Positions 1 to 13,250 of a stretch of DNA of 32,000 nt are shown piece after piece. A program made the position numbers and the translations under genes. The notes under the pieces are model-generated. The model did not search any database and was not told where the DNA came from. It saw only the letters and a list, made by a program, of their open reading frames with translations. The DNA comes from an uncultured Alphaproteobacteria bacterium (GTDB lineage: Bacteria; Pseudomonadota; Alphaproteobacteria; UBA3830): the NCBI GenBank assembly GCA_944390765.1, contig CALXQM010000015.1, positions 58,178 through 90,177 of the forward strand, read 5' to 3'. The first letter of the stretch is position 1. Every line of letters starts with the position of its first letter.

Positions 1-1
1 G

Positions 2-2938
2 TTTTATAACATGCTATTTAATCCTGAACGTTATGATTTATCGGCTGTTGGACGCGTAAAAATGAACGCTCGTATAGGTGTAGATAGACCTGAAAGTATG
101 AGTGTTTTGACTAAAGATGATATACTTCGTATTTTAAAAATACTTCATCAATTAAAGGATGGTAAAGGTACAGTTGACGATATAGATAATTTAGCTAATA
201 GACGTGTACGTTCTGTGGGTGAGTTGCTAGAAAATCAATTTAGGATTGGTTTGACTCGTATGGAGAGAGCCATAAAAGAAAGAATGGGATCTGTAGATAT
301 TGAAAATGCAGTTCCAAACGACGTTATAAATGCCAAACCAGTATCATCTGCAATTAGAGAATTTTTTGGGTTATCTCAATTATCCCAATTTATGGATGAA
401 GTGAATCCATTAGCAGAAATTACGCATAAAAGACGTATTTCCGCTTTGGGACCTGGAGGATTAACTAGAGATAGAGCAGGGTTCGATGTTAGAGATGTGC
501 ACCCAACTCATTATGGTCGTATCTGTCCTATAGAAACGCCAGAAGGACAAAATATAGGTTTGATTAATTCATTGGCTATATTTGCAAAGATTAATCGATA
601 TGGTTTCATAGAAACACCTTATCGTAAAGTTATAGATGGTAAAGTGACAGATGATGTTATTTATTTATCTGCAATGGATGAATCACAACATACAATTGCG
701 CAGGCGAATGCTATATTAACAGCTGATAACCATTTTAAGGATGAATTTGTAGCATGTAGAAGGAACGGGGAATTCATTAATGCGCAAAGAGATACAATAG
801 ATTATATGGACGTATCTCCGAAGCAGATTATTTCCATTGCGGCAGCATTGATTCCGTTTTTAGAGCATGATGATGCTAGCCGAGCTTTAATGGGTGCAAA
901 TATGCAGCGTCAAGCTGTTCCTTTATTAAGAGCTCAAGCTCCATTAGTTGGTACAGGACTTGAGGCTGCTGTTGCACATGATTCAGGAGTTTCTGTTTTG
1001 GCAAGAAATGATGGGATCGTTGAACAGGTTGATGCTGACAGGATAGTTATCCGTTCAACAGATAAAAACTCTAATGTTGGTGTTGATATATATAATATGA
1101 GGAAATTCGAAAGATCTAACCAAAGCACCTGTGTAAATCAGAAAGCATTAGTAAGTAAAGGTGATATTGTTAAAAAAGGCGATATTATTGCTGATGGTGC
1201 AGCAACTCAATTAGGTGAGTTGGCGCTTGGTCATAATGTTTTTGTTGGGTTTATGTCTTGGCATGGATATACTTTTGAAGATGCGATTGTAATTTCAGAA
1301 AGATTAGTTAGAGAAGATTATTTTACTTCAATACATATTGAAGAATTCGAAGTTATGGCTCGTGATACAAAATTAGGAAATGAGGAAATTACTAGAGATA
1401 TTCCAAATGCTTCCGATGATGCTTTAAGAAATTTAGATGAAGCGGGAATTGTTCACATAGGAGCAGAAGTAAGAGCGGGTGATATCTTAGTTGGTAAAGT
1501 GACACCTAAAGGTGAGTCTATGATGACGCCTGAGGAAAAACTTTTAAGAGCTATCTTTGGAGAAAGAGCTGCTGATGTTAAAGATTCATCTTTACGTTTA
1601 CCTCCTGGTGTAAAAGGTACTGTTGTTGATGTAAAAATCTTTTCAAGAGCGGGTATCGAAAAGGATGAAAGAGCAATCGCTATTGAACAGAAAGAAATTG
1701 AATTGTATAAAAGCGATATGGAGGCTGAAAAAGCAATTTTTGAAGAGGCATATTATAAGCGTTTAAAAGAAAAATTGCTTGGACAAGTTGTTGATAGTTC
1801 TCCTATTAAATCAAAAGGTAAAGTTATCGATGAAGAATTTTTGGATTCTATGCCGAAAGGTCAATGGAGGTCTATTACTGTTATAGATAAAAAAGCTTCT
1901 AAAGATATTGTGAATTTGCATAGCGATTTTAATGCAATTTTGGATAAACTTTATAAAAATTTTGATGAAAAAGTTGAAAAATTACGCAAAGGTGATGAAC
2001 TACCTCCTGGTGTATTGAAAATGGTAAAAGTTTACGTTGCTGATAAGAGAAAATTGCAACCGGGAGATAAATTAGCTGGTCGCCATGGGAATAAGGGTAT
2101 AGTTTCTAGAATTGTTCCTGTGGAAGATATGCCTCATATGGAAGATGGTACTCCTCTGGATATTATTTTAAATCCATTAGGTGTTACTTCACGTATGAAT
2201 GTTGGTCAGACATTAGAAACTCATCTTGGTTGGGCAGCAAAAGGTTTAGGTAGAAAAGTTCGTGAGGTTATTGAAAAAGTTCAATCAGATGAGCAATTAA
2301 TGGAGAATTTGCGTAGCCAATTAAAGGATATTTATAACGATAAAGATGATAAAAAAGATATCGATAAAATGTCTGATTATGAAGTTGCGGAATTAGCTAC
2401 TAATGTTATTAATGGTGTTCCTGTTTCTACGCCTGTGTTTGATGGAGCAAGGGAATCGGATATAGTTCAAGCATTAGAGTCTTGCGGTCTAGATAGTTCA
2501 GGACAAGTAAGATTAATAGATGGTCGTACAGGTGAAGAATTTGACCGTAAAATCACAGTTGGATGTATTTATATGTTGAAATTACATCATATGGTTGATG
2601 ATAAGATTCATGCTAGATCTATAGGTCCTTATAGTCTTGTTACTCAACAACCATTGGGTGGTAAAGCTCAGTTTGGAGGTCAGAGATTCGGAGAAATGGA
2701 AGTTTGGGCATTACAGGCTTATGGTGCTGCTTATACTTTGCAAGAAATATTGACTGTAAAATCGGATGATGTAACCGGAAGAACTAAAGCTTATGAATCT
2801 ATTATAAAGGGTGATGAAAATATTATGCCTGGCATACCTGAGTCATTTAATGTCCTTATGAAAGAATTGTGTGGTTTGGGATTAAATTTTGAATTTCAGC
2901 AAGATGCGGTTCAAAAAGATTCGGATATGGAAGCTTAA
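2..2938 (+). CDS. rpoB: DNA-directed RNA polymerase subunit beta (5'-truncated by window edge)
   Basis: The frame is open from the window edge (FYN precedes the track's Met at 11). Hallmark beta-subunit motifs are [44 protein letters not shown] and [19 protein letters not shown]. Stop TAA at 2936-2938. Confidence 0.98.
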   Translation, partial: FYNMLFNPERYDLSAVGRVKMNARIGVDRPESMSVLTKDDILRILKILHQLKDGKGTVDDIDNLANRRVRSVGELLENQFRIGLTRMERAIKERMGSVDIENAVPNDVINAKPVSSAIREFFGLSQLSQFMDEVNPLAEITHKRRISALGPGGLTRDRAGFDVRDVHPTHYGRICPIETPEGQNIGLINSLAIFAKINRYGFIETPYRKVIDGKVTDDVIYLSAMDESQHTIAQANAILTADNHFKDEFVACRRNGEFINAQRDTIDYMDVSPKQIISIAAALIPFLEHDDASRALMGANMQRQAVPLLRAQAPLVGTGLEAAVAHDSGVSVLARNDGIVEQVDADRIVIRSTDKNSNVGVDIYNMRKFERSNQSTCVNQKALVSKGDIVKKGDIIADGAATQLGELALGHNVFVGFMSWHGYTFEDAIVISERLVREDYFTSIHIEEFEVMARDTKLGNEEITRDIPNASDDALRNLDEAGIVHIGAEVRAGDILVGKVTPKGESMMTPEEKLLRAIFGERAADVKDSSLRLPPGVKGTVVDVKIFSRAGIEKDERAIAIEQKEIELYKSDMEAEKAIFEEAYYKRLKEKLLGQVVDSSPIKSKGKVIDEEFLDSMPKGQWRSITVIDKKASKDIVNLHSDFNAILDKLYKNFDEKVEKLRKGDELPPGVLKMVKVYVADKRKLQPGDKLAGRHGNKGIVSRIVPVEDMPHMEDGTPLDIILNPLGVTSRMNVGQTLETHLGWAAKGLGRKVREVIEKVQSDEQLMENLRSQLKDIYNDKDDKKDIDKMSDYEVAELATNVINGVPVSTPVFDGARESDIVQALESCGLDSSGQVRLIDGRTGEEFDRKITVGCIYMLKLHHMVDDKIHARSIGPYSLVTQQPLGGKAQFGGQRFGEMEVWALQAYGAAYTLQEILTVKSDDVTGRTKAYESIIKGDENIMPGIPESFNVLMKELCGLGLNFEFQQDAVQKDSDMEA

Positions 2939-2955
2939 TTGGGAAAGGATTAATT

Positions 2956-5900
2956 ATGGCCAATCAATTACAAAAAATATTTGGACAAGTAAGTAATTTG
3001 AACAATTTTGATGCAATAAAAGTATCGCTTTCAAGTCCTGAAAGAATTAGGTCTTGGTCTTTTGGAGAGGTAAAAAAACCTGAGACGATTAATTATAGAA
3101 CTTTTAAGCCTGAAAGGGATGGATTATTTTGTGCGCGTATTTTCGGTCCTGTAAAAGATTATGAATGCTTATGTGGCAAATATAAAAGGATGAAATACCG
3201 CGGAGTCATTTGCGAAAAGTGTGGCGTGGAAGTAACGTTATCTCGTGTAAGAAGGGAACGTATGGGGCATATAGAATTAGCTTCTCCTGTCGCTCATATT
3301 TGGTTTACAAAGTCTCCTCCGAGTCGTATTGCATTGCTCCTTGATATTACTTCAAGTGATATGGAGAAAGTTCTTTATTTTGAAAATTATGTAGTCATTG
3401 ATCCAGGCATATCTCCATTTAAACCAATGCAATTGATTACGGAAGAAGAATATTATAGAGCTCAAGATGATTATGGTGAAGATGCTTTTAAAGCTAATAT
3501 TGGTGCAGAGGCATTAAAAGAATTGTTAGCTGGTATTGATTTAAAAGGTGAAAAGGATAGACTTAGATTAGAGTTGAAGTCAGTTTCATCTGATATGAAA
3601 CGTAGACGTTTAATCAAGAGATTGAAGTTAATAGAGGCATTTTTAGTTTCTGGAAATCGTCCTGAGTGGATGATTTTGGAATGTATTCCTGTAATTCCTC
3701 CTGAGTTAAGACCTTTAGTTCCTTTAGATGGAGGACGTTTTGCTACATCAGATCTTAATGATTTATATCGTCGTGTTATTAACAGAAATAATAGATTAAA
3801 GCGGTTATTAGAATTAAAAGCGCCTGATATTATTGTAAAAAATGAAAAAAGGATGTTACAGGAGGCTGTTGATGCATTATTTGATAACGGTCGCCGTGGG
3901 CGTGTTATTACTGGTACTGGCAAAAGACCTTTGAAATCTTTATCTGATATGCTCAAAGGAAAACAGGGTCGTTTCCGTCAGAATTTATTAGGGAAAAGAG
4001 TAGATTATTCTGGTCGTTCAGTTATTATAGTCGGTCCTGAGTTGAAACTGCACCAATGCGGTTTACCAAAAAAAATGGCTTTGGAACTTTTTCAACCATT
4101 TATTTTTTCTAGATTAGAAAGATATGGTTTTGCTACAACTCTAAAAGCTGCAAAACGCATGGTAGAAAGAGAGAGACCTGAAGTTTGGGATATTTTAGAA
4201 GAAGTTATTAAGGAACATCCTGTTCTTTTAAATCGTGCTCCTACTTTGCATCGTTTAGGTATTCAAGCTTTTGAGCCAGTTTTAGTAGAAGGGAAGGCTA
4301 TAAAATTACATCCATTAGTATGTACGGCATTTAATGCTGACTTCGATGGAGACCAAATGGCTGTACACGTACCTCTGTCTTTAGAAGCTCAATTGGAATC
4401 TAGGGTTTTAATGATGTCGACTAATAATATTTTGAGTCCATCAAGTGGTAAACCTATTATTCTACCTACAAAAGATATTACACTAGGTATTTATTATATT
4501 ACTATGGAAAAATCTGGAGAACCTGGAGAAGGAATGATATTTTCTTCCATTGGTGAAATTGAGCAAGCATTGCAGGATAAGGTTGTAAGTCTTCATGCAA
4601 AGATCAAAGCACGTTATCGTCAAATGCAATCTGATGGGACAGTAGCTTATAGAGTAGCCGAGACTACTCCTGGGCGTATGATTTTATGGCAGATATTCCC
4701 TCAACACGCGGAAATAGATTTTAGTTTAGTAAATAGATTAATTACTAATAAAGAGTCTGCTAGTATTGTTCAGAAAATTTATAGTGTTTGTGGTCAGAAG
4801 AGCACTGTTATTTTTGCAGATAAATTAAAGGATTTAGGGTATTTGTATTCCACAAAATCCGGGGTCTCATATGGGAAAGATGACTTAGTTATTCCTCCTC
4901 AGAAAAAAGATATAGTTAATTCTACTAAAAAGGTTGTTGCAGAATATGAACGTCAGTATATGGATGGTTTAATTACTGCTGGTGAAAGATACAACAAGGT
5001 TGTTGATGCTTGGGCAGCCTGTAGTGATAAAGTAGCAGATGCTATGTTAAAATGTGTATCTAAAGATGAAGTGGGTAAACCGTTAAATGCTATGTATATG
5101 ATGGCACATTCAGGAGCTAGAGGTTCTCTAGCTCAAATGAGACAAGTTGCTGCTATGCGCGGCTTAATGGCTAAGCCATCAGGTGAAATTATAGAGACAC
5201 CTATTATATCCAACTTTAAAGAAGGATTATCGGTATTGGAATATTTTACTTCGACTCACGGTGCAAGAAAAGGTATGTCAGATACCGCTTTAAAAACAGC
5301 AAATTCTGGGTATTTAACACGTCGCTTAGTCGATGTTGCTCAAGATTGTGTTGTAGTTAAAGATGACTGTGGAACAAAAAAAGGTATAGTTGTAAGAGAT
5401 ATTATTTCTGGTGGGGATGTTATAGCTCCTTTAACTGAACGTGTTTTAGGAAGGACGCCTGTTGATGATTTGAAAGACCCGTCAACAGGAGAGATTATTG
5501 TACCTGCTGGAGAAATTATAGATGAAAATGCGATTAAAAAAATAGAAATGGCAGGTATTAATGAAATTCGTATTAGATCAGTGCTAACTTGTGAATGTGA
5601 AGATGGAATTTGTGCGCGTTGTTATGGTCGTGATTTAGCAAGAGGTCAAAAAGTAAACATAGGTGAGGCTGTTGGTGTTATTGCTGCACAGTCTATTGGT
5701 GAGCCTGGAACCCAGTTGACCATGCGTACCTTCCACGTTGGGGGTACCGCTCAAAAAGGTACTGAACTGTCCTCTATTGATGCTACTTATGATGGTATTG
5801 TTGCATTACGTAATGAAAAAACGGTACATAATAGTGATGGACAAAAAATCGTTATGAGTAGAAACGTTGAAATCGCTTTATTAGATGAAAATGGAAAAGA

Positions 5901-7131
5901 TAGAGCTCATTATAAGTTACCTTATGGTGCAAGATTATATGTTTTGAATGGAGATAAGGTAAAGAAAGGAAACAAATTGGCCGATTGGGATCCGTTTACA
6001 TCTCCTATTATATGTGAGAGACAAGGTACTGTACAATATCTTGATTTGATTGATGGAATATCTTTAAAAGAATCTATTGATGAATCAACGGGTGTTGCGA
6101 CATATGTGGTATCTGATTGGCGCCAACAAGCTAGATATGCCGATTTAAAACCTAGGATTGTTTTAAAAGATGATGAAGGGAACCCAATTTTATTACCTAG
6201 CGGACAAGAGGTGAAATATTTCCTTTCTGTTGATTCCATTATTGCAGTAAAAAATGGTGATAAAGTAAAAATAGGAGATGTTTTAGCTCGTATGCCACGT
6301 GAATCTACTAAAACAAAGGATATTACGGGTGGATTACCACGTGTTTCTGAGTTGTTTGAAGCTAGAGTTCCAAAAGATCCTGCTATTATAAGTGAATATA
6401 GTGGTAGGATAGAGTTTGGAAAAGATTATAAAGGCAAAAAGAGAATAATTGTTCATCCAGAGGATGAAAATATGGCTCCTATAGAATATTTAGTACCGAG
6501 ATGGAGACAGGTTGCTGTTCGTGAAGGCGATATTGTTGCAAAAGGCGAGGTTCTTGTCGAAGGGAATAAAGATCCTCATGATATTTTAAAAGTTCTTGGT
6601 ATAGAAGCTTTGGCGGAGTATCTTATTAATGAAATTCAAGATGTTTATAGATTACAAGGTGTTAAAATTAATGATAAACATATTGAAATAGTTGTTCGTC
6701 AGATGCTTCATAAAGTTAGTGTAGATAAGCCAGGAGATACCACGTTCTTGGTTGGTGAACAAGTAGATCGTAAAGATTTTGAAGAGGAAAATGCTCGAGT
6801 TATGAAGGAAGGTGGTACTATCGCAGAAGCAACTCCTGTATTGTTAGGAATTACTAAAGCTTCATTACAGACAAGGTCGTTTATTTCAGCTGCATCATTC
6901 CAAGAAACTACTCGAGTGCTTACAGAAGCTTCTATCACAGGAAAAGTTGATAGATTAAAGGGGTTAAAAGAAAATGTATTGGTTGGTAGATTAATTCCAG
7001 CTGGTACCGGTTTTGCAATAAATAAATTAAGAAAATTAGCCATGGCAGAGGATGCTGAAGCTATGAAACAACTTCATGGATCGGTAATTGTTGATAAGAA
7101 TAGTAATGATTCACAAGTTACAGGAGTTTAA
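2956..7131 (+). CDS. rpoC: DNA-directed RNA polymerase subunit beta'
   Basis: 1391 aa. N-terminal zinc motif [23 protein letters not shown] and catalytic [21 protein letters not shown] upstream of ATG; starts 17 nt after rpoB. Confidence 0.98.
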   Translation: MANQLQKIFGQVSNLNNFDAIKVSLSSPERIRSWSFGEVKKPETINYRTFKPERDGLFCARIFGPVKDYECLCGKYKRMKYRGVICEKCGVEVTLSRVRRERMGHIELASPVAHIWFTKSPPSRIALLLDITSSDMEKVLYFENYVVIDPGISPFKPMQLITEEEYYRAQDDYGEDAFKANIGAEALKELLAGIDLKGEKDRLRLELKSVSSDMKRRRLIKRLKLIEAFLVSGNRPEWMILECIPVIPPELRPLVPLDGGRFATSDLNDLYRRVINRNNRLKRLLELKAPDIIVKNEKRMLQEAVDALFDNGRRGRVITGTGKRPLKSLSDMLKGKQGRFRQNLLGKRVDYSGRSVIIVGPELKLHQCGLPKKMALELFQPFIFSRLERYGFATTLKAAKRMVERERPEVWDILEEVIKEHPVLLNRAPTLHRLGIQAFEPVLVEGKAIKLHPLVCTAFNADFDGDQMAVHVPLSLEAQLESRVLMMSTNNILSPSSGKPIILPTKDITLGIYYITMEKSGEPGEGMIFSSIGEIEQALQDKVVSLHAKIKARYRQMQSDGTVAYRVAETTPGRMILWQIFPQHAEIDFSLVNRLITNKESASIVQKIYSVCGQKSTVIFADKLKDLGYLYSTKSGVSYGKDDLVIPPQKKDIVNSTKKVVAEYERQYMDGLITAGERYNKVVDAWAACSDKVADAMLKCVSKDEVGKPLNAMYMMAHSGARGSLAQMRQVAAMRGLMAKPSGEIIETPIISNFKEGLSVLEYFTSTHGARKGMSDTALKTANSGYLTRRLVDVAQDCVVVKDDCGTKKGIVVRDIISGGDVIAPLTERVLGRTPVDDLKDPSTGEIIVPAGEIIDENAIKKIEMAGINEIRIRSVLTCECEDGICARCYGRDLARGQKVNIGEAVGVIAAQSIGEPGTQLTMRTFHVGGTAQKGTELSSIDATYDGIVALRNEKTVHNSDGQKIVMSRNVEIALLDENGKDRAHYKLPYGARLYVLNGDKVKKGNKLADWDPFTSPIICERQGTVQYLDLIDGISLKESIDESTGVATYVVSDWRQQARYADLKPRIVLKDDEGNPILLPSGQEVKYFLSVDSIIAVKNGDKVKIGDVLARMPRESTKTKDITGGLPRVSELFEARVPKDPAIISEYSGRIEFGKDYKGKKRIIVHPEDENMAPIEYLVPRWRQVAVREGDIVAKGEVLVEGNKDPHDILKVLGIEALAEYLINEIQDVYRLQGVKINDKHIEIVVRQMLHKVSVDKPGDTTFLVGEQVDRKDFEEENARVMKEGGTIAEATPVLLGITKASLQTRSFISAASFQETTRVLTEASITGKVDRLKGLKENVLVGRLIPAGTGFAINKLRKLAMAEDAEAMKQLHGSVIVDKNSNDSQVTGV

Positions 7132-7145
7132 TTTTATTTAAAGGC

Positions 7146-7174
7146 TTGACTAGGTAGAAAAGAGTATTTAAAAT
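7146..7174 (+). promoter_or_regulatory. Candidate sigma70-type promoter of the str/ribosomal-protein array
   Basis: TTGACT (7146-7151), 17-nt spacer, TAAAAT (7169-7174). It sits in the only sizeable intergenic gap (84 nt) of the 24.6-kb array, about 40 nt upstream of the rpsL ATG. Sequence match only. Confidence 0.5.
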
Positions 7175-7215
7175 ACAAAAACTTGTATAGTTATTATGTG
7201 AATGAAAGGGGCGTT

Positions 7216-7587
7216 ATGCCAACTATAAACCAATTGATTAAAAATCCTAGGAAGGATATAGCAAAAAGGAATAAAGTTCCTGCTTTGTTGTCTTGTCCTC
7301 AGAGAAGAGGGGTTTGTACTCGTGTTACAACAACTACACCAAAGAAACCGAACTCTGCTTTAAGAAAAATAGCTCGTGTTAGATTGACTAGTGGTTTTGA
7401 GGTGACTTGTTATATTCCAGGAGAAGGACATAACTTACAAGAACACTCCGTTGTTATGATTAGGGGAGGGCGTGTAAAGGATCTTCCTGGTGTTAGATAT
7501 CATATAATTCGTGGTACTTTGGATACTCAAGGCGTTAAGGATAGGCGTCAAGGTCGTTCTAAGTATGGAGTAAAGAAACCAAAGTAA
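7216..7587 (+). CDS. rpsL: 30S ribosomal protein S12
   Basis: [10 protein letters not shown]..., [22 protein letters not shown]. The ATG at 7216 follows GAAAGGGG. The track start at 7183 adds 11 non-homologous residues. Confidence 0.97.
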   Translation: MPTINQLIKNPRKDIAKRNKVPALLSCPQRRGVCTRVTTTTPKKPNSALRKIARVRLTSGFEVTCYIPGEGHNLQEHSVVMIRGGRVKDLPGVRYHIIRGTLDTQGVKDRRQGRSKYGVKKPK

Positions 7588-7595
7588 TTATTTAA

Positions 7596-8075
<480 letters not shown>

Positions 8076-8077
8076 TT

Positions 8078-10171
8078 ATGGCAAGAACAACACCTTTAAA
8101 AGATTATAGAAATATTGGAATTATGGCTCATATTGATGCCGGAAAAACTACAACGACAGAAAGGATTCTTTTTTATACAGGGCGTTCCCATAAGCTAGGC
8201 GAAGTTCATGATGGTGCAGCTACTATGGATTGGATGGAGCAGGAGCAGGAAAGGGGAATTACTATTACTTCTGCTGCGACTACATGTTATTGGAGAAACC
8301 ATAGAATTAATATTATTGATACACCTGGACACGTAGATTTTACAGTTGAAGTAGAACGTTCTTTACGTGTGTTAGATGGAGCTGTTGCAGTTTTTGATGG
8401 AGTCGCAGGTGTTGAGCCTCAATCTGAAACCGTTTGGCGTCAGGCAGATAAATATAATGTTCCAAGAATTTGTTTTGTTAATAAAATGGATAGGATAGGG
8501 GCAAATTTTTATCGTTGCGTGGATATGATAATTGATCGTTTAGGCGCGAAACCGCTAGTTATGCAGTTGCCGGATGGTTGTGAAAGTGATTTTATAGGTG
8601 TTGTAGACCTATTAACAATGCAGGCTTACCATTGGAAAGATGAAACGATGGGCGCTAAGTATGATGTCGTCGACATTCCTGCAAATTTGAAAGAAAAAGC
8701 TTTACAATATCATCATCAGTTAGTTGAAATGGCAGTTGAGCAAGATGATGCTATTATGGAAGCCTATTTGGAAGGTAAAGAACCTACCATTGAACAATTA
8801 AAGATGTGCATTAGAAAAGGCGTTATTAGTGGAGCTTTTGTCCCTGTATTTTGTGGTAGTGCATTTAAAAATAAAGGTGTTCAAACATTATTAGATGGGG
8901 TTGTTGACTTTTTACCTTCTCCGTTGGATATCGGAGAAATTAAGGGCATTAGTGTTAAAGATGATTCGGAAATTACAAGGCATCCGGATGATAATGAGCC
9001 ATTGGCAGCTTTAGCTTTTAAAGTTATGACGGATCCTTTTGTTGGGTCTTTAACTTTTGTTAGAATTTATTCTGGGAAGTTAGAAGCAGGTAGTTATATA
9101 GAAAATTCTACAAAAGGAGATCGAGAAAGAATTGGTCGTATGTTATTAATGCATGCGAATAATAGAGAAGATATTAAAGAAGCATATGCGGGAGATATTA
9201 TAGCTGTTTGCGGATTAAAATTAACTACAACTGGTGATACTTTATGTGATCAGAATCATCCGATTTTGTTAGAAAAAATGGAATTTCCTGATCCAGTAAT
9301 TGAGGTAGCAGTTGAACCTAGGTCTAAAGCTGATCAAGAAAAAATGGGTAATGCATTATCTCGTTTAGCTGCTGAGGATCCGTCTTTTAGAGTTAGTTCT
9401 AATACTGAAACAGGACAAACAATTATTAAAGGCATGGGAGAACTTCATCTCGAAATCATCGTGGATCGTATGAAGAGAGAGTTTAAAGTTGATGCTAATG
9501 TCGGTGCGCCTCAAGTTGCCTATAGAGAAACAATATCAAAACCAGCAGAGATTGATTATGTTCATAAAAAACAATCTGGGGGTGCTGGACAGTTTGCTAG
9601 AGTTGTTTTACAATTTGAACCAATTGACTATTCCAATGGTCTTGTTTTTGAGAGTAAGATTTTTGGAGGAGCTGTTCCAAAGGAATATATTCCTGGTGTT
9701 GAAAAAGGCTTACATAGCATAGCAGAGTCAGGTTGTGTGATAGGATTTCCTATAGTAGGAGTTAAATGTTCTCTCGTGGATGGTGCTTATCATGATGTTG
9801 ACTCTAGTGTTTTGGCGTTTGAAATTGCTGCTAGAGCAGCATTTAGAGAAGCTATGACAAAATGTTGCGCTAAAATATTAGAGCCTATTATGACTGTGGA
9901 AGTTGTTACTCCGGAAGATTATATGGGCGATATTATAGGGGATCTTAATAGTCGTCGAGGACAAGTTGTTGGGATGGATCAGAGAGCTAATGCTCGTGTA
10001 ATATCGGCTGAAGTGCCTTTGGCCGAGATGTTTGGGTACGTGAATACATTACGCTCTATGAGTCAAGGAAGAGCTCAGTATACTATGCAGTTTGCTCGTT
10101 ATGATGCGGTACCATCAAATGTAGCAGATAAAGTTATTGCTGAGCATAAGGGTTTGGTAAAAGGTGAATAA
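8078..10171 (+). CDS. fusA: Elongation factor G
   Basis: G-domain motifs [17 protein letters not shown] and NKMD. The ATG at 8078 gives the canonical MARTTPL N-terminus, 2 nt after the rpsG stop. The track's GTG at 8069 overlaps rpsG. Confidence 0.97.
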   Translation: MARTTPLKDYRNIGIMAHIDAGKTTTTERILFYTGRSHKLGEVHDGAATMDWMEQEQERGITITSAATTCYWRNHRINIIDTPGHVDFTVEVERSLRVLDGAVAVFDGVAGVEPQSETVWRQADKYNVPRICFVNKMDRIGANFYRCVDMIIDRLGAKPLVMQLPDGCESDFIGVVDLLTMQAYHWKDETMGAKYDVVDIPANLKEKALQYHHQLVEMAVEQDDAIMEAYLEGKEPTIEQLKMCIRKGVISGAFVPVFCGSAFKNKGVQTLLDGVVDFLPSPLDIGEIKGISVKDDSEITRHPDDNEPLAALAFKVMTDPFVGSLTFVRIYSGKLEAGSYIENSTKGDRERIGRMLLMHANNREDIKEAYAGDIIAVCGLKLTTTGDTLCDQNHPILLEKMEFPDPVIEVAVEPRSKADQEKMGNALSRLAAEDPSFRVSSNTETGQTIIKGMGELHLEIIVDRMKREFKVDANVGAPQVAYRETISKPAEIDYVHKKQSGGAGQFARVVLQFEPIDYSNGLVFESKIFGGAVPKEYIPGVEKGLHSIAESGCVIGFPIVGVKCSLVDGAYHDVDSSVLAFEIAARAAFREAMTKCCAKILEPIMTVEVVTPEDYMGDIIGDLNSRRGQVVGMDQRANARVISAEVPLAEMFGYVNTLRSMSQGRAQYTMQFARYDAVPSNVADKVIAEHKGLVKGE

Positions 10172-10185
10172 TTTAGGAGAATATA

Positions 10186-11376
10186 ATGAGTAAAGCCAAA
10201 TATGAAAGGTCTAAACCACATTGTAATATTGGTACTATTGGTCATGTCGATCATGGTAAGACCACTTTAACAGCAGCTATTACAAAAGTATTAGCGGAAA
10301 AAGGTGGAGCCAACTTCACTGCTTATGATCAGATTGATAAAGCACCAGAAGAGAAAGCTAGAGGTATTACGATTTCAACCTCTCATGTTGAATATGAAAC
10401 AGATAAAAGACATTACGCTCACGTAGACTGTCCAGGACATGCTGACTATGTTAAAAATATGATTACTGGAGCAGCCCAAATGGATGGAGCAATTTTAGTT
10501 GTTTCCGGAACTGATAGTGTTATGCCACAGACTAAGGAGCATATATTGTTAGCTCGCCAAGTTGGTGTTCCTGCTTTGGTCGTATTTATCAACAAAGTTG
10601 ATATGGTTGATGACCCAGAGATGTTAGATCTCGTAGAAATGGAAATTAAAGATACATTAGCGAAATATGAGTTTCCAGCAGATGAAATTCCTATAATTAA
10701 GGGAAGTGCTCTCTGTGCTTTGGAAGGTAAAAATGATGAAATTGGTAAAAATAAGATACTTGAATTGATGGATGCGGTTGATAATTATATTCCTCAGCCG
10801 GAAAGACCAAAGGATCAACCATTCTTGTTACCAATTGAGGATGTATTCTCGATTTCTGGTCGTGGTACTGTTGTAACAGGCCGTGTAGAACGTGGCGTTA
10901 TTAAAGTTGGCGACGAAGTTGAAATTGTCGGTCTTAGAGATACCCAAAAGACGGTTGTTACAGGAATTGAGATGTTCCGTAAACTCTTAGATCAAGGTGA
11001 AGCTGGAGATAATTTAGGTTGTTTGCTTCGTGGAACAAAACGTGAAGAAGTTGAACGTGGACAAGTATTAGCCGTTCCAGGAACTATTACTCCCCATACT
11101 AAATTTGAATGTGAAGTTTATATTTTGAATAAGGAAGAAGGAGGTCGTCATACTCCATTCTTTAACGGTTATCGTCCGCAATTTTATTTTAGAACAACAG
11201 ATGTAACCGGGAATGTAACCTTACAAGAAGGCGTTGAAATGGTAATGCCTGGAGATAATGTCAAATTAACAGCTGAGTTAATTGCTCCTATTGCTATGAA
11301 TGAAGGGTTAAGATTTGCTATACGTGAAGGCGGTCGTACAGTAGGCGCTGGTGTTGTAACTAAGATTATCGCGTAA
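10186..11376 (+). CDS. tuf: Elongation factor Tu
   Basis: 396 aa with [21 protein letters not shown] and SAL. TAGGAG RBS. Confidence 0.98.
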   Translation: MSKAKYERSKPHCNIGTIGHVDHGKTTLTAAITKVLAEKGGANFTAYDQIDKAPEEKARGITISTSHVEYETDKRHYAHVDCPGHADYVKNMITGAAQMDGAILVVSGTDSVMPQTKEHILLARQVGVPALVVFINKVDMVDDPEMLDLVEMEIKDTLAKYEFPADEIPIIKGSALCALEGKNDEIGKNKILELMDAVDNYIPQPERPKDQPFLLPIEDVFSISGRGTVVTGRVERGVIKVGDEVEIVGLRDTQKTVVTGIEMFRKLLDQGEAGDNLGCLLRGTKREEVERGQVLAVPGTITPHTKFECEVYILNKEEGGRHTPFFNGYRPQFYFRTTDVTGNVTLQEGVEMVMPGDNVKLTAELIAPIAMNEGLRFAIREGGRTVGAGVVTKIIA

Positions 11377-11387
11377 GGAGAGGGATT

Positions 11388-11702
11388 ATGAACGCGCAAT
11401 GCATCCGTATATGTTTAAGGGCGTATGATCATAGGATACTTGATTATTCAACAAATGAGATTGTTATGACTGCAAAAAGAACGGGTGCTCGCGTTCGCGG
11501 TCCTGTTCCTTTGCCAAATAAAACAGAACGTTTTACAGTATTACGTTCTCCTCATATAGATAAAAAATCTCGTGAGCAATTTGAGTTACGGACACATAAA
11601 AGATTGGTTGATATTTTAGATTGCCCTCCTCAGACAGTAGATGCTCTTATGAAATTAGAGTTGGCGGCTGGAGTAGATGTAGAAATTAAATTATTAGGTT
11701 AA
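11388..11702 (+). CDS. rpsJ: 30S ribosomal protein S10
   Basis: [14 protein letters not shown]...[15 protein letters not shown]...AGVDVEI. AAGGAGAGGG RBS; 11 nt after tuf. Confidence 0.97.
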   Translation: MNAQCIRICLRAYDHRILDYSTNEIVMTAKRTGARVRGPVPLPNKTERFTVLRSPHIDKKSREQFELRTHKRLVDILDCPPQTVDALMKLELAAGVDVEIKLLG

Positions 11703-11711
11703 AAAAGAGAC

Positions 11712-12347
11712 ATGCGTTCAGGATTATTAGGTAAAAAAATTGGCATGACTCGCATCATTACAGATGATGGGCGTCAGCATGCCATAACGGTTTTGAAAGT
11801 AGAACAACATGAAGTGTTGTCCTACAAGACAATAGAGAAGCATGGATATGAAGCTGTTGTCGTTGGAACTGTAGAAACAAAAGAAAATAAATTAACAAAA
11901 CCTATGCAGGGTTATTTTAAAAAGCTAGGCGTGAAATTTTATAAGAAATTAAAAGAATTTCGCATGCCGTCAGATAATTTTCCTGCGATTGGTACGACAT
12001 ATGGAGCGGATTTCTTTTCTGCTGGTCAATATGTTGATATTACAGGTACCAGTATTGGTAAAGGTTATGCTGGTGGAATGAAAAGACATAATTTTGGTGG
12101 TTTAAGAGCAACGCATGGTGTTTCTATATCCCATAGAAGTCATGGTTCTACAGGAAATAGAGAAGATCCAGGAAAAGTTTTCAAAGGAAAGAAAATGGCT
12201 GGTCATCTCGGAAATGAAAAGGTCACAATTCAGAATATGAAAGTTTTTGGCACAGATGGAGATTTGTTATTGATTCAAGGAGGAATCCCTGGTGCTGATG
12301 GAAGTTATGTCTTAGTTAAAGATTCAGTAAAAAGGAAGCAACAATAA
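11712..12347 (+). CDS. rplC: 50S ribosomal protein L3
   Basis: 211 aa; L3-like GLLGKKIGMTRI N-terminus and FKGKKMAGHLG. Position in the S10 operon fits. Confidence 0.96.
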   Translation: MRSGLLGKKIGMTRIITDDGRQHAITVLKVEQHEVLSYKTIEKHGYEAVVVGTVETKENKLTKPMQGYFKKLGVKFYKKLKEFRMPSDNFPAIGTTYGADFFSAGQYVDITGTSIGKGYAGGMKRHNFGGLRATHGVSISHRSHGSTGNREDPGKVFKGKKMAGHLGNEKVTIQNMKVFGTDGDLLLIQGGIPGADGSYVLVKDSVKRKQQ

Positions 12348-12964
12348 TGAAGTTGCAAGTTATAAAATTAGACGGATCTAAAAGTGGCGAAATAGCGCTT
12401 AATGATACAATATTTAATATTGAACCTAAAACAGAAAGCTTAGCAGATGTTGTAAGATGGCAATTAGCGAAAAGACAGGCTGGAACTCATGCTGTTAAAG
12501 GTCGTAGTGATGTAAGTAGGACTTCAAAGAAGTTATATAGACAAAAAGGTACGGGAAATGCTCGTCATGGGGCTAAAACTGCTAATATTTTTGTAGGCGG
12601 TGGTGTTGTTTTTGGACCTACTCCTCGCTCTCATGCTTTTAAGATTAATAAAAAAGTCAGAGCATTAGCATTGCGTTCCTTGTTATCTTTGAAATTAAAA
12701 GAAAATAATATTATTATCTGTGAAGATTTAAAGTTAGAAAACAATAAAACGAAAAATTTAGTGGCTATTCTTGAAAATTTAAATATTAATTCGGCTTTAT
12801 TTGTTGATAATAGTGATTACAGTGATTTCAGAAAAGCGTGTTCGAACTTATATAAGATAGATGTTATTCCAAGTATAGGATTAAACGTTTATGACGGTTT
12901 AAGGCATGAAAAAATAGTACTTACTAAAAGTGCGGTTGAAAGTATTCAAGAACGTTTAGGATAA
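12347..12964 (+). CDS. rplD: 50S ribosomal protein L4
   Basis: 205 aa with QKGTGNARHG. TAATG overlap with rplC. Confidence 0.96.
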   Translation: MKLQVIKLDGSKSGEIALNDTIFNIEPKTESLADVVRWQLAKRQAGTHAVKGRSDVSRTSKKLYRQKGTGNARHGAKTANIFVGGGVVFGPTPRSHAFKINKKVRALALRSLLSLKLKENNIIICEDLKLENNKTKNLVAILENLNINSALFVDNSDYSDFRKACSNLYKIDVIPSIGLNVYDGLRHEKIVLTKSAVESIQERLG

Positions 12965-12968
12965 GGTT

Positions 12969-13250
12969 ATGATATCAGAGTATGATTGTTTAATAGTTCC
13001 TGTGATGACAGAAAAGTCAATGAATGCTGGAAATGGTGTTCATGTCTTTAAGGTGAATATAGATGCAACAAAGTTTGATGTTAAAAGAGCTGTAGAAAAA
13101 ATATTTGAAGTAAAAGTGTCGAAAGTCAACATCTTAAATAGGTATGGAAAGAAAAAAACTTTCAGAGGAAAAATTGGTGAAACTAAGCCAATAAAGCTTG
13201 CAAGAGTTCATTTATCTGAAGGTGTTATTAATTTTGAAGGTGGATTCTAA
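12969..13250 (+). CDS. rplW: 50S ribosomal protein L23
   Basis: 93 aa. L23-like (PVMTEKS..., [24 protein letters not shown]) and syntenic position. Confidence 0.95.
   Translation: MISEYDCLIVPVMTEKSMNAGNGVHVFKVNIDATKFDVKRAVEKIFEVKVSKVNILNRYGKKKTFRGKIGETKPIKLARVHLSEGVINFEGGF

Noticed and set aside
374-448. RpoB rifampicin-resistance cluster I differences from E. coli (positions equivalent to S508L, Q517E, N518V, S522A)
   Set aside because: The principal resistance positions (D516, H526, S531 equivalents) are wild-type. The other changes are probably lineage variation, and no phenotype can be inferred.
3471-3956. Antisense/shadow ORFs from the six-frame track inside core genes (934-1128, 3471-3956, 5922-6239, 6708-7043, 11184-11399, 14014-14295, 14373-14582, 16482-16817, 18200-18556, 22527-22784 on the - strand; 9489-9722 on the + strand, out of frame in fusA)
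   Set aside because: Each lies entirely within, or across, strongly conserved coding sequence on the other strand or frame. Their translations are low-complexity with no recognisable motifs or RBS, and they look like typical open-frame artefacts of AT-rich DNA.
7216-7587. Streptomycin-resistance alleles in rpsL
   Set aside because: Both classical positions are wild-type Lys (KKPNSALRK and GGRVKDLPG).
11377-11387. S10-operon leader / L4 attenuator upstream of rpsJ
   Set aside because: Only 11 nt separate tuf and rpsJ, and this is fully accounted for by the RBS. No structure is possible there.
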